From the NCBI RefSeq assembly GCF_009914755.1, contig NC_060931.1: DNA of 64,000 nt. One strand, 5' to 3'. A program made the translations under genes and the position numbers. The stretch is from the human T2T-CHM13v2.0 reference genome, Homo sapiens. Under the pieces are notes generated by a model. The model saw nothing but the letters and a program-made list of their open reading frames with translations. It had not been told where the DNA came from and made no database searches. Shown here in pieces: positions 46,460 through 61,058 of the stretch (its first letter is position 1; each line of letters begins with the position of its first letter).

Positions 46460-46501
<42 letters not shown>
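46447..46501. repeat. T-rich run of about 55 nt (including T40)
   Basis: Directly visible. Confidence 0.95.
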
Positions 46502-46503
<2 letters not shown>

Positions 46504-48166
46504 CACAACTGTTAGCACTGCCTCAGGCAGCTGCAATGTTAAATGATTGTTGCTGAATTGTTTGACAAATATGTTGTGGAAAAGGATGCTCACATTAAGT
46601 GAGGTTTCAGGTCAAATAAAGACAAGACCTCCTAATGGAGTTTCCAGGAAACTAACAGACCAACATAGATAATGACAATTCTCTGAGTATGGTGCTTTTG
46701 GAGAGATCAGATTCTATTCTGCTACCATCAATGGCTGCTAGGCTTCTGGTTTCACTATAATTGTGGGGATTTTGGTTTTTAAGGATATTGTGGAATCAGG
46801 GAGAGGGGCATGGGATTAAGCAAATTAAAATGCCACAGATACTGCTGTTCTTAAAAAGATTCAACGATTTTTCCTTGGATAAGCCCTCATTGGATTATTG
46901 CAAGACTTTGATTAATTTCTAGAGTCCTTAAAAGTTGATTTGGATACTTTGCCAATGTTTTTATTACTTTTATGGAAGGGCATATTTTCATAGGTCATTA
47001 CTGCACCATTCTTGTTGATGCCCCTCTTCATTTATTACGCTTTATTTATATTTGTTGGCATCATTTTTCCATTGTCTCCTGACCTCCATAATTTCTGTGA
47101 GAAGTCAATTATTTTATGTTGTTCCTTTGGAGGTAGTGTGTCCTTTTCCTCTAGCTGCTTTTAATATTTTCTCAGTTTTTATGGTTTTCATCAGTTTAAC
47201 TATTAGGTGTTTAAGTGTGGTTTCTTTGTATTGCTCCTCCTTGGGATTTACAGTGCTTCTTGAATCTGTGGCTTAATGTTTCCTGTCAGTTTTAGAAAAT
47301 ATTTAGCCATTATCTTAAAATATTGCTTCTGCTTCATACTCTTTCTTTTTTATTTTTCTTCTTTAATTATATATACATTATATCTTTTCAGCTTATTTCA
47401 TACACAATTTTCTGTATTTTCCTTATTTAAATCCCTGTGATCTAGACATTTTCTGATTATCTTCCAGTTCGCTAGTCCTCTTTTCTGCTGTACTAAATTT
47501 GCAGTTAAATCTATTGTGTCCTTGATTTCAATTTTTGTACCTTTTCAATCTGTAATTTCCATGTGCTATTTTTTCTATTAGTTCTAGTTCTATGGTGAAG
47601 TTCTTCATCTTGTTATCTGTTTTTTCAATATATATTACAGTAATTTTAAAGTTCAAGTCCGTTAACTCTAAAAGCTGGGCTATTTATTCTTATGTTGTAT
47701 AATCTGAGTACCATAGTTTCCTATGCCAATTTAATAAACTCATAGAAAATAGTCATTAAGGGGTTATATAACTTAAGTCTTTTACATTTCCATCTGAATT
47801 TGTGAACCTTGAGTTGTGTTTCCATTTTGTTTCTTCGATTGCTGACACCATGGAATTGTGTTTTTACTGAAAACAAACAAAAAATCATTTGAATCTAAGA
47901 CTCCAAACGAGGTCACATAGATCCTTTCCTGCTTTTTCTCTTTCACGTTTCTCCATTTGTTTCCCCCTCTGTATTGTCTTTTTTTTTTTTTTTTCCAGGT
48001 GGACACATTTTTCCAAACCCAGAGGAAAGAGAGCTCCTCTTTGTGATGGTTTCAAATCATCTCAGGATTGAGATTTGCTTTTACCTCTGAATCAATCGAT
48101 GTGACCAGAGATACTGACTGCTTGATTATAATGACTGGACAGATCTAGCATCAAGACCCCCAATAG

Positions 48167-48525
48167 GTCTTAGTCCATTTGGGCTGCTATAACAAAATAC
48201 CTCAGACTGGGAAACTTATAAGCAACAGAAATTGCTCACAATCTTGGAGGCTGGGAAGATCAAGATCTAGGCACCTGCAGACTCAGTGTCTGGTGAGGTC
48301 TTACTCTCTGCTTCATAGATGGCTCTTTCTTGCTGTGTTCTTGAGCAGAAGAAGGGACAAACATGCTCCCTCAGGCTTCTTTTATAAGGGCACTAATCCT
48401 ATTCATGAAGGTGGAGCCCTTATGACCTAACCACCTCATGAGGTTCCCAGCTTTTAACACTATTGCACTGGAGATTAGGTGGCCACATATGAATTTGGGA
48501 GGACACAAACATTCAGATCATAGCA
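48167..48525 (-). mobile_element. MSTD/MLT1A LTR nested in an older MLT1K/L-like LTR (about 47750-48680)
   Basis: TCTTAGTCCATTTGGGCTGCTATAACAAAATACC...GGACACAAACATTCAGATCATAGCA; flank AAAGGAAAACTGAGGTATTCTTACTAGAAGAGGG. Confidence 0.8.
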
Positions 48526-49009
48526 GCTCCTCATGAAGCTGGTGGTAGAATCAGCCAGACCCACCCGCAGGGACTGAGAGTTGGGAAAAAGTGGTTTCTC
48601 AAAGGAAAACTGAGGTATTCTTACTAGAAGAGGGAAGAGATGGTGGAAAAGCAAAAACAAGATGACCAATGTCTCTGATGTATTAGATCATAAGAATCAT
48701 CAGAATGAGTGTTAAAACTGAGATTTCTGGGCCCTACTTCATTCTTATTGAATCAGAATCATTAGAGGAGTTGTCCAGAGATCAGGGGTTTAAATAAGAT
48801 TAATTACTGCTCCATTTTAGTTATTGCTTTTCCTAAAATGTAAAGAAGTAATTGGAATCTTTTTTCTGTTCATATTAAGATATACTTCTTAGCTAGGTTC
48901 CATATCCAAGCTAAAGAGGGCTAAATAATTATTGATTGCATTTAGATTGTATAGATAAACACTTGAAATTTGGTATGGGGATTATCTGAAATACATATTG
49001 ATACTTCTT

Positions 49010-49313
<304 letters not shown>

Positions 49314-49469
49314 CATATTGTTATTTCTTTAAACTACCATTTATCACCTTTTTTTACTTCTGCAGTGTAAAGCCAGGAACATGTTTTATTTTAAAAACAA
49401 AACAAAACAAAACAAAACTTTTCTAGTCCAACTCTCTTCTTCTCCCAAAAGGCAAAGATCAATAAATAG

Positions 49470-49876
<407 letters not shown>

Positions 49877-50169
49877 TAGAAGAGAAGATATCCTCAGCAG
49901 ATGAAAAGTCACAGCAGAGCACCAATTAATTATTTGCTGCTCATATGACTGATATAAGTGTGTGATGTGTGAAGTGGCTTTGAGATAGGTTTTCTGGCTC
50001 TGCTGCATGTTCAGGAAGATGTAGTGACTGCTCTTGAATCTATGCACCTGTGGATATGAGTTTTACAGCCAATATGTACCAATGCTAAAGGAATCCTAGC
50101 TACAACACAGACTTACATAAAATTAGCACCATGGATGGCATGTGCTTTGAGATGTCATTCGATAGCAAG

Positions 50170-50430
50170 AATAACAATAACAGCAATAATACCAACAACA
50201 AATTGAAGTAAAAATTGACAATTCATTTTTGCTATGTGTCTACCATTGTGTTAGACATTTTGTATGGGTAATTTCATTAAATCTTTACATGAACCCTATG
50301 AGGTAGTTGCTATAATTATCCCTATTTTATGGTGAGACAATGGCAGCACCAAGAAAATTTAGTAATCTACTAAAATCTACATAGCTATGAAATGGTTGAG
50401 ACAGGATTTTAGGACAGTCAGTCAGTCTCC
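50170..50430 (-). mobile_element. MIR SINE
   Basis: AACCCTATGAGGTAG...TATAATTATCCCTATTTTATGGTGAGACAA. Confidence 0.7.
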
Positions 50431-52439
50431 ATCCATATCCACCTACCCTTTCCTCCTAGTGACTAATGGATTTACAATGACAGTGGGGATCCATTTGGTG
50501 GGGATATATTCAGTGAACACACAGGAGGACAAGATTAGCTGGATTGGATTAAGATGGAATTAATGACCTTGACTTCATTAACTCTGTACTCCACTCAGCT
50601 AAATAAGCCTAGTAGATCTGAATGTTTTGGAAAACTTGCCTCTGGGTTGAAGCCTCCTGGCCTGGAAAGAACAAGCTTTAGAAGGCCTTGCTGTCTGTTG
50701 TGGGATAGACAGATTAGGTTCACAGAATGAGGGCAAATGAACATGCAAGTGATCAACTGTACTCTTTATAAACTCAATGAAAGCAAGAACAGAGCTCATT
50801 CATTTCTGGCCACCACCAGGAAGCTCTCATTTTTTTAGCCTGTGTCTCCAGGGAAGGTTGTTATTTTCATAAAAAATTTATCTCCATATTCATTTTATTT
50901 CTTTAAAAATAATGGTGGATTGTTTGAAAACTTTTCTCAGTCTTTTTATTAGCTTCTTGGAAAGTTAGAAGTAGCCCTATGATCTCTAAAATTGGTTTGA
51001 ATTAGGTGCACAATTAAAAGTTCATCAAATTGGGAAAGATTTGAACTTTCTAACACTGGTTTATCATCATTTTTCTAAAACCAGTATCAACAAAAGAAAA
51101 AGGGAAAGCCTACTTCAAGGATCCTATGCAAAGAGCTCTCAGTTTTTTTTCTTGTAATTATTGTCAGCCCTTAAATGTACACATCTGTTGCAATAAGCAA
51201 GAGTTGTGGCATGCTCTGTGAAGATGGGCCAAACCTCCTGCAGAACTGTGTGAATGGAATTCAGTATACACTGAAGCCTGAAAATATCATAAGAGCATTC
51301 CATTCTTCTCATGTGACTTTTCTTTCTTATTCAGCTGTATTTGGATCTCTGTGGGGAGCAAGTAACAGACTGTGGATTCAATGAAATGGAAAAGCAGGAG
51401 AGACTTCCAGAGAGCCTCTTTCCATCCTTCAAGGTCTTCATTTGTCTATAACACTTGATAGATCAGTTTAGTCCAGAATTCACTGATACACAAGAGATTG
51501 ACCTGCCCTATTATGCTAACATAGAAAGCCCCAAATCAAAACCCCTGCCACTGACCCCGGGCCCCAAGCTCTAGGAGCTGTGAGGTTGAGACAAGAAATT
51601 GTGAGAGTCAACAATGGCACTGACAACCATACGTTATTGACTCAGACTGATTGAAAATTAAAGCACCAACCCCAGAGGAAAATTTGCAAAGAAATCAGGA
51701 TGTGCTCAGATGCTCTGAATTCCTAAGCTCTTGCTTTTGCCTTGACTGGATCATTATAAGTAAAGACAAGTAGAAAAGCTACAAAGTGCATTAGTAAGTT
51801 CTTCTCCCTTTTGAAAAGTTGTCATTGACTAAGGTCCTATGTGGAAAACCAGGATGGGATTCGGAGGTTTAACATTAAGTGGAGTCTCTGCCCTTCAACT
51901 GATGTGACTTTAGGGAATTCATGTCACTGCTTGATGTCTCTGTTTCAAATTTGTAAAAAGTGAGATAATTATATTTTCTTCCTTCCTGATTTTCCAAGAT
52001 GATTATCAGTCAGGTTGTGGACAACAATGTGTTGAATTCTGAGCAAAGAAGGCTCCCATGAGATTCAAAAGAATACCTTTTCCCTTACTGTTGTATTTTT
52101 CTTTCAGTGTAGTTTGCCTCTAACAGACAACAAAGTAGCACAGATATGTCCTGTCTTGTTCCTGGTATCTTTCTTCTCTCCAAAACATTATCAGTGACTC
52201 ACCAATAGGAAAACAGAGCTTGGGAGATGGGATTTGTCAGTTAACTTGCACTCCCTCTGCTGGTTGGATGCCTTGTATTTATTTTTCCATGACTCCCAGG
52301 CTGTAAGGTTTATTTACTTGTTTTCAGTAAACTTGGAAATTATGCATATTTTTGGAGAGTAATCAACTTAGAATGAATTTGCAATATTCTATGTTTTCCA
52401 GTATCTGGAAGTGTTGCCATTTTATTTAGTACAAATGTA

Positions 52440-53533
52440 AAGGCCAGGTTCATAAAACTGTTTTATCAAGGCAGTATTATCAGGAATTAGCAACTCTATC
52501 CAACTCCAACTTTCTATTGGTACCCATGAACAAAGGGGTAAGAAATAAGTACTTATCTGACATCGGCTATCAGTCATTGTCCTTAAAACACTGGAGGAGT
52601 AGCTCAGTGCACACAGGAGCAGTCTGATAAAAGCAGCCAGAGCCATCAACTATGTTTACATTAATGAGTTCATAGTAATATGGAAAAATAAACTGATCGG
52701 TTATCTTCAGAGGATGATAGAGAAACAATTCATTATTTTGAAAACTGGAAAATAAAGGGAAAGACAAAGCAATTATCCTGTCTTTTCTGTGTGAATTATA
52801 GTATGGGGGTAATCTAAAGTAAAGGAAAGGAGTATTTCTTTTTAAAAGTATTCTAGGCAGTAAATGTAAAAGAAATGATAGAATTAGAATATAATTATTC
52901 TTCAATCCCTAATCAATTAATGGATCTAGGCATCAAGCATCAAAGGCTACTGACATCACATAAAGAGGTACATCTCGTACCTCCCAATGAAAGAACATAC
53001 CACCACCTATGAACTTGCCAAAGGTGTTGAATTTGAGTCTGATCAATTCCCTGGATCCAGTTGCCAATTTGCGAAAGACAGAGGAAATGTTGAAATGTAG
53101 CATGAGTGTGCATTCAGCAAAATCCAGACTGAGGGAAATTCTACAGGTCAAATGCCCTGAGTTCTTCAACACATATATTGCAAAGAAAAGACATGGATAG
53201 AGAAGTCTCTAGAATAAAGGTGACTTAAGAGACATGTCCTTTTTTTCTTTTTTTTAAGGGCAAGTCTTAACCAGAGTGTCTAAGATGCCTCTGTGTGTGA
53301 TAATACTGTGAAGAAACAGAAGGAAGTGATTACCGTGCTAGTTAGGTTGTGGTTATTTCTGGGAAGAGGGAGGGCACTGAGATTGGAATGAGGCTAATGG
53401 AGGTGCTTCAGGGATGCTGACAAACTTTTATTTATTGACCTGGGTGGCAGTTATTGGGTGTTCACCTTATAACTAATTAAGGTATGAATTTGTGTGGGTT
53501 TTTTGTTTTATTTTACCATGACAAGTTTTTTTT
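52440..53533 (+). mobile_element. L1MC4/5-type 3' end
   Basis: ATTAATGGATCTAGGCA, CACCACCTATGAA, CAGCAAAATCCAGACTGAGGGAAATTCTACAGG..AAATGCCCTGAGTTCTTCAAC. Confidence 0.75.
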
Positions 53534-53534
53534 A

Positions 53535-53876
<342 letters not shown>

Positions 53877-54439
53877 TCAGCAGCCTCAGTCAGTCCCCCT
53901 CCTCCCTATTTCTTTCTGTTCGCCCCCTCCTCTGCCCTCCCATCTCAACCTCTCCATCTTTCTAATCACTGTGATTACTCTCCCTGGTTCTCAGCTCTTG
54001 GCCACCCCTTGACTGAGCCTTTGGCATTTCCCTCATGTGGCTCTTTTAGATCCAGATTGAAGTTTTTCTCTGCATGTTGGTTTTGGTGATTGCCTTTGCC
54101 TAGTCTCATGTCAAGACCAAGTGGAACAGCTGGGAAGAGAAAACAGAGCCCAGGAAATCTGCTTCTACTTTGCTGGTCTTCAAGGTCGGCCTGCCAGATA
54201 AACTCAGTTTCATCAGACTTAATGTTCTCTTAAACGTGTCTCATTGTATATTTTTTACATTTATATGATTTTGTATTTCTTTTAATCTGGTTTATACTGT
54301 CAGTTAATTGTGAGTTTAACTTAGGTCTAAATGTTAGACCAAAAAAGATGTAAGTAGATATTTTAGACAAAGGTATTTTAGAAGCAACTAATTTTATTGA
54401 GTACCTTTCATATGCCATGCACCAGACTACATTTCTTCA

Positions 54440-54735
54440 CAGGAGTAATAAAAAATAGTAGCCACTATTCACTGAGCACCTAGTATTTATTGAGCACCTA
54501 CTATGTGCTAGGCAGTAGCAAATAAATATGTTTACATATATTATCCCTAATCCTTCAAAGGGCATTTTATTTCTACAAGATGGGTATCATTGTCCCCATT
54601 TTACGGGGAAGGAAAGTGGGGCCATGAGGGTAAAATGATTTGCTTAAAGTCACTTGAGCAAAATAGATAGTTACTTGTGAAAACAAAATTGAACCCATAT
54701 CCTTCTGGCTCCAGAATTTGTTCTTTTTCACCATA
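54440..54735 (-). mobile_element. MIR SINE
   Basis: TATTTATTGAGCACCTACTATGTGCTAGGCA...TGTCCCCATTTTACGGGGAAGGAAA...TGATTTGCTTAAAGTCAC. Confidence 0.8.
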
Positions 54736-55813
54736 ATTAAATATTGACCTATAGCCGTCTTCATTATACAGTGAAAACAATTTTCTATTAACCTCATGAT
54801 GAGGTACAACACTGGACTTGAGTTTCAATATGAATTATAAGATTTACTGTGGATGTTGATGTTTTGTGTTGGCTGTTCTTCCTGTTATGGGGGTAAAGCA
54901 CAGCTGTTATGGCAAACAGATACAGTCACATTTGAGTATTAAAAATTAAAGCTAATCGTAGAGAAAACTTCCCAAGTGCTTGGCCAACTGTTGCCTTTCC
55001 TTTTCTACCTCTGGCACTGCTTCACTTCAATGTGCTTCACGTCACTCATGCTTTGTTTTTTCTCTTAGTACAGGGTAACTGAGGGCTAATGTGTTGGTAG
55101 GAACACATTGCTGATTTCTTAGTAAATCAGTGAAAATAACTCCTCCTGGACTATTATTACGGTACTTACAAGGTGATTTCGCCCCATATTATGTTCAATT
55201 CCAGAGCTCTTCTGCATTTGGACAAGTAGGAGACAGTAAACAGAATCAGAATAAGAGAGAATATATACATTTATTGTAAAATTGTTCATTATGTAACCCA
55301 ATTCTCACCTGGAAAAAAAGTCACTTAATGTTGAAAGATTTTCTATCCTGCAATTGCACAATCCAGTTTATTTAGTGCACAGGAATAAACATGCACAGAC
55401 AAGGGGGTAAGAACTTGACTGGGTTTCTTGTTTAGTAGTAGTCTTACAAAAAAAACATTTTTGTTTCATTTTAAAAATTGCTTTTTTTATTTCTCTCAAC
55501 TTTCCTTAGGGTTTTTGTTCTCTTACAGCTTTTTAAGTAGAATTTGAAAAGATTGTGTTTTTTTTTTTTTTCGCTGTGGAGTGGACAGAAGAGAATTGTT
55601 TCCCAGTTTAAGTATTAATATATTGGCAGGCTTTTTTTTAAAGCTAATCTGCCACAAATCCTGCAGAAGAAGCATTAACACAGATTATTTTTGTGTGAAT
55701 CTTACATACCATATGTATGTAAGCCTTCATAAGGCTATTTATTCTTTCATGTTTATAAAGGTATGGATATTGCTGATACAATTTTTTTCATTTTTATTTT
55801 TAAAGAATGTAAA

Positions 55814-55815
<2 letters not shown>

Positions 55816-55873
<58 letters not shown>
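55816..55873. repeat. (CA)~29 microsatellite
   Basis: Directly visible, uninterrupted. Confidence 0.97.
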
Positions 55874-55875
<2 letters not shown>

Positions 55876-56309
55876 CAGACTAGAAACTGTGCTATTCTTG
55901 AATTTCTCTAAGAGCAAAAAGCTCTGTAATCCTCTAATATCTGAAAACGAGTCTTTGGCTATTTTTGTTTGTTATACATCGAGGATAGATTTTTAAGGTG
56001 CTCAACACGGCCTTGAGAACTATTTGTACGTTAAGACCTAGACTTACTGAATATTTTCAAAGCAATCAAGTTAAATACCTTTTCTTTTGAAGAATCCTGG
56101 CTACCCTTAGAGAATCTCAGAACACTCCATAGACACAGCAGTGACATGTAGGCCTACAGATCACCTAACAACGACAATCCCAAGCATCCGACTCTGCTGT
56201 ACAAAGGGAAGGCTATTTGGCCAAGTGAGATGCTAAAGTCAGTGGACTACAATAAAGAAAATCCCTTAATAATTAAAATACAGAGTCTAAAAACCAGACA
56301 TCCCTCAAC

Positions 56310-56490
56310 AGCCAGCAATTCTTAACCCTCTGTCCATTAGAATTACTGGGAGGGAGTGCATGTGAATGCTCTCAATGAATACTGATGCTCAGCCCCCTTG
56401 CAGTTCTCTAGGTATGGATTGGAGCCATCAGTGTTTTTCAAAGCTCCCCAGGTAATCTTTGTATTTCCAAACATATTGCAAATTCTGGGG
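56310..56490. mobile_element. MER5-like hAT relic
   Basis: TTCTTAACCCT...CATTAGAATTACTGGG...TTTTCAAAGCTCCCCAGGTAATCT. Confidence 0.55.
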
Positions 56491-57334
56491 TTACCATGGA
56501 ATGACTTATTCTTTGGTCAGAAAGTCTGATTTAAATAGAGGAGAACAACAGCAAGATTTGCTCACCGACAATTCCTTTATTTCATTTAGAAGGCATTACT
56601 CTACATTACTGCATGGAGGGATTCTATGCAGACTCCAAAGATATTTTGCCAGACATCTGTGGCACCAGAGGGTCTGGAAACTTTCCAAATGATACGTTTC
56701 CAGACTAGAGAAGGTTTATGCATTTGGGATGGTATGAAACAAGTGCTTTTTGGGGTCTGTGAGAACTTTTTAAACAAGGCTATTTAGAGAAAATTAGGAA
56801 AGCTTCCTCCCCGCCCCTTCATTTTTACTTTCTGAAATGTATTCATGATGCCTGGGACTGATCAAGGTGTCATAATCCTCACCTGAATGGCACAGAGTAA
56901 TGTTTTCCATAATGAAGGAGGCCGCAGGTCAAACTTTACATAAAAATTCTGACATTCCTGCTCTCCAAAGCCATCCTTTCCCAGTGATAATAACTTCCAG
57001 TTTCTTGAGATCCACTGGGCATTTTGCTAGGTTGGAAGGCATTTTGTTTGCTTAGTTTATCCTAAGATCTGAAACAAGAGTGGTGTGTGGAGCAGATTTG
57101 CTTTCTGGACACTGTGGAATTTTAGCAAAAAAAGATCAGCCTGTATGGCTCATTTTAATTTATCAAAAGCTGCCAGGCTTGGCTACAGTGTAGATCTAGC
57201 AATCCACTTTAATGTAAACATTTTAATTACTATTTCTAACATTTGGCTTTCATTAAAAGAGAAAAACTTTAAAGTTTTTTTTAATAAAGTTTATACTTAA
57301 AACCCCCTTACAGAGCGTACCCCTTCCTATTTCC

Positions 57335-57335
<1 letters not shown>

Positions 57336-57371
<36 letters not shown>
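57336..57371. repeat. (CA)n microsatellite
   Basis: Directly visible. Confidence 0.97.
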
Positions 57372-57373
<2 letters not shown>

Positions 57374-57759
57374 TTTTGATTTAAAAACAAAAAGGAAAAT
57401 CCATAAATAAAAGGAGAACAAGAAGAAAGGGAGGGGAAGGGAGGAAAAGAAGGAAGAAAGGAAAGAAAAAGAAAATACCCCAGTAACCCAATAGCCCAAA
57501 TGTGAAGGCAAGGTTTAGGTCTTAAAACATGAATAGAAAAGAGGTAACCTCTGATTGATTCTGAAATTCAAAAATATCTTTTTGGCAAAGGACCTTGAAA
57601 AATATGATGCATGGTGAAGCATAAAAATGTTTTGCAGGATATATTTTCCTGCCCAGTTTTAAAAAGATTTGTGGTCATTTATAAGATGGACTATGATGCG
57701 AACTGGTACAATTGGTGTTGAAACAGAGCCTGGGCTATCTGATGAAAATGGAGGGAGAG

Positions 57760-58102
57760 GGTGTTACCCGGAATTTGGGATGAGTTGCTTACTTCTAGGC
57801 ATTTTCGGAACCCGCTACTTCACACCCCTCTGTAGCAGCTAAGCAGTACCTCTTTCTCAGGGGACTGAGCATCAACTCACTGGGGAACCTCCTTGGAGCT
57901 TCCAGGTCCTGGTAGCTCCAGCTCCTTCCCTTTAATTCCCTGGCAACTGCTTCCTGCAAGTGTCATCTCTGGGCTCCTTCCGTGTTCTTTTTTTACTCTT
58001 TTGATTTTCCAACATGTATGTAACCAGTTATCAGTATTAAATTTTGTCTGCTAAAAGGCTTAATGTAGTTTCTGTTTTCCTGACTGGACCTTAACTGGTA
58101 CA
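57760..58102 (+). mobile_element. LTR16-like ERVL solo LTR
   Basis: 3' terminus GTTTCTGTTTTCCTGACTGGACCTTAACTGGTACA preceded by ATTAAA. Confidence 0.55.
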
Positions 58103-58120
58103 TTTTGTCTAGTTATTAAA

Positions 58121-58480
58121 TGCTATGATCCGAATGTTTGTGTTCCACTAAAATTAATATGTTGAAATCTTAACCTCTAATGTGATGGTTCCAGAAAGTG
58201 GAACCATTGGGAAGTGATTAAGTCATGAGGGTGGACCCCTCATGAATGGCATGAGTGCCCTTATAAAGGAGGCCCCAGGGAGACTGATCTGCCCTTTCAC
58301 TGAGAGGACACCATAAGAAGGGGCCATCTATGAGAAAGTAGGCCCTCAGCAGACGCCAAATCTATTAGCACCTTGAACCTGGACTTCCCACCCTCCAGAA
58401 CTGGAAGAAATACATTTCTGTTGTTTATAAGCCACCCAGTCTAGGGTGGTTTGTTATAGCAACCAGAATATACTAAGACA
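58121..58480 (+). mobile_element. MSTD/MLT1A solo LTR
   Basis: TGCTATGATCCGAATGTTTGTG...CTCCAGAACTG..AAATACATTTCTGTTGTTTATAAGCCACCCAGTCT...ACTAAGACA. Confidence 0.88.
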
Positions 58481-59228
58481 TTATTAAATAACGGAAATTC
58501 CTTGGAATCTGGTTCTGGGTTGGGACCCAGGGATCTATATTATTCTAAAGTACTGATGCATAGCCAGTTTAGGGGAACATCAGGTAAGATCATCTATAAG
58601 GTCTCTTTGGTCACCAAAATTCAATTATTCCTTAGAATGACAGAGTCATAAATTTAAAAATTCAATGACGTGAACTTGTTCTAAACTTGTATTTTTAAAA
58701 GATGGATGTTGTAGAAGACTTACTTCTATACCAGGGTATTATTAGTCTCTTAGAGTGGCAAGGGACCTCAGATTTTATTTAGCTAAGCCCTCCTTCTAGT
58801 GCAAAATGGATTCTAAATGGCTCTTGCAGTAAGAACATAAAATCAGATCTGAGTTCCATTCAGGGAGCAGCCTGTGTCACCGGCATTCCCACAATGTAAA
58901 GTTCTTTCTATGTGATAAGTGACCTTGACTAAGACCAGACTCCACTACTTTTTGTACCTTTGTGTGAAGAAATGAAAAAAAAGTATCCGTTTGTAAACTG
59001 CAAACAGTTTTCTATATCTTAAGAGGTGGAGACTTAAGTTTTATCTTTTAAGCACAGTGTCACTTTATTCTGGAGAAACCTCTCCCAACTAGTGCAAAGG
59101 CAATCTTTAAAATGAGGAAGTTTGACACAATTTGGCTCCAAGGAGATAGAATGAACTAGGTAATGAAACTTTTCTCTATTTAGGAAACCATTGCATCTCT
59201 ACAGAAAGTGTTTCCTTTAGACTGAAAT

Positions 59229-59572
59229 CCCTTCCCTTCCCTCTCTTTCTCTCTCTCTCTTTCTCTTCTCTTCTCTCTTTTCTTTTCTTTCTTGCAGAGT
59301 CTCACTCTGTCACCCAGGCTGGAGTGCAGTGGCATGATCCCGGCTCACAGCAGCATTGACTTCCCAGGCTCAGGTGATCCTCCCACCTCAGCCTCCCAAG
59401 TAGCTGGAACTATAGGCATGCACGACCACACCAGGCTAATTTTTGTGATTTTTGTAGCGACTGGGTTTCACCATGTTGCCCAGGCTGGTCTCAAACTCCT
59501 GGGCTCAAGTGATCCTCCTGCCTCAGCCTCCCAAAGTGCTAGGATTACAGGTGTGAGCCAGAGCACCCAGCC
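59229..59572 (-). mobile_element. AluJ with CT-rich low-complexity tail
   Basis: TTCCCAGGCTCAGGTGATCCTCCCACC...CTCCTGGGCTCAAGTGATCCTCC; tail 59229-59293 is (CT)/(CTTT)-rich. Confidence 0.9.
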
Positions 59573-59590
59573 ACTTTTCTTTTCTAAGTA

Positions 59591-60726
59591 TAGTCATAAG
59601 TCACTTAACGATGAAGATACCTCTGAAAAATATGTCGTCAGGCTATTTTATCATCATGCAAACATCATAGAGTGTTCTTACACAAACCTAGATGGTACAG
59701 ACTACTGCACACCTATGCTAGATGATATAGCCTACTGCTCCCATGCTGTGAAGCTGTACAGCAGGTAACTGCACTGAATACTGTAGACAACTGTAACAAA
59801 ATGGTATTTGTATATTTAAACAGATCTAAATGTAGAAAAAGTACAGTAGAAATATAGTGTAAAAGATAAAAACTACCCCTGTATAGGACACTTACCATGA
59901 ATGGAGCTTGCAGGACTGGAAGTTGCTCTGGGTGAATCAGTGAGTGGTGAGTGAATGTGAAGGCCTGGGACATTATTGCACACCACTGTAGACTTTATAA
60001 ATACTGTACACTTAGGTTACACTAAATTTATAAAAATATTTTACTTTCCTTTGTAATAACACTTTTTTGTGTAACAACACTTAGCTTAAAATGCAAATAC
60101 ATTGTGTAGCTGTACAAAAACATTTTATTCCTTAATATCCTTAAGCTTTATTCTATTTAACTTTTTTTTTTTTTTTTTGCTTTTTAAACTTTTTTTGTTA
60201 AAAACTAAGACACAGACACATTAACCTAGGCTTATACAGGCTGAGGATTATGATTATCACTGTCTTCCACCTCCACACCTTGTCCCACTGGAAAGTCTCA
60301 GGGCCAATAACATGCATAGAACTGTCGTCTCCTGTGATAACAATGCCTTCGGGAATGCTTCCTGAAGGACTTGCCTGAGGTTGTTTTGCATTTGATTTTT
60401 TTTAAATAAGTAGAAGGAATATACTGTAAAACAACAAAAAGTATAATATATTAAGGACATAAACAAGTAACAGTTGTTTATTATCAGGTATTATGTATTG
60501 TACCTAGTTGTATGTGCTATACTTTCATACAACTGACAGTGCAGGTTTGTTTACCCCAGCATCACCCATCACCACAAACATGTGAGTGATGTGTGCATTA
60601 TGATGTTACAATGGCTACAATATCACTGGGCAATAGGAATTTTTCAGCTCCATTTTAATCTTATGCAGCCACCATCATATATGCAATCCTTTGTTGATCG
60701 AAAGCTCTTTATGCGGTGCATGACCG
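59591..60726. mobile_element. Tigger3 (Tigger3b/MER7-like) DNA transposon, non-autonomous
   Basis: TA-TAGTCATAAGTCACTTAACGA...ATGCGGTGCATGACCG-TA; internal CACAAACCTAGATGGTA..CCTA and ACTTACCATGAATGGAGCTTGCAGGACTGGAAGTTGCTCTGGGTGA. Confidence 0.9.
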
Positions 60727-60739
60727 TATAAATTTAGAC

Positions 60740-61058
60740 CAGTGCAAACTACGCATAGGGCAAATCTGGCCTAGCACCTGTTTTTGCACTGCCTGCAAAC
60801 TAAGCATGGTTTATTATATTTTTTAATGGTTGGAAAAAAAAGAAGAATATGTCATGCCATGTGAAAACTATGTGAAATTCAATTTAGTGTTCATAAATAA
60901 AATTGTATTGGAACACAGCCATGCACATTCACTGACATATTGTCTGTGGCTGCTTTTGTATAAGGACAGAATTGCAGAGTTTTAATGGAGACATGTGGCC
61001 CACAAAGTTAAAAATACTTACTATCTGACCCTTGACAGAAAAAGTTTGCTGATCCCTG
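60740..61058. mobile_element. MER58B (hAT-Charlie)
   Basis: AATAAAATTGTATTGGAACACAGCCATGC...CAGAAAAAGTTTGCTGATCCCTG; 8-bp TSD (A/G)TTTAGAC. Confidence 0.9.

Larger units (their letters stand above)
40880..47700 (-). mobile_element. Long composite of old L1M (MC/MD-like) segments with nested Alus, MLT1 and a second L1M 3' end (about 45690-46430)
   Basis: Antisense L1 ORF2 motifs (GTTGAACCATCCTTGCATTCC, CTGGCCTCATAGAATGA, CTTGAGAAGAATGTGTATTCTG, GTCTGATATTAGTATAG) continuing into ORF1/5'-like sequence. Confidence 0.8.

Noticed and set aside
47960-48010. Strong-looking + strand acceptor T16CCAG|GTGGAC
   Set aside because: Lies inside an old MLT1-like LTR relic, the T-run is probably slippage, and no matching donor was identified
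56877-57085. Possible minus-strand exon 56883-57068
   Set aside because: Acceptor and donor are only moderate; such pairs are expected by chance in 64 kb
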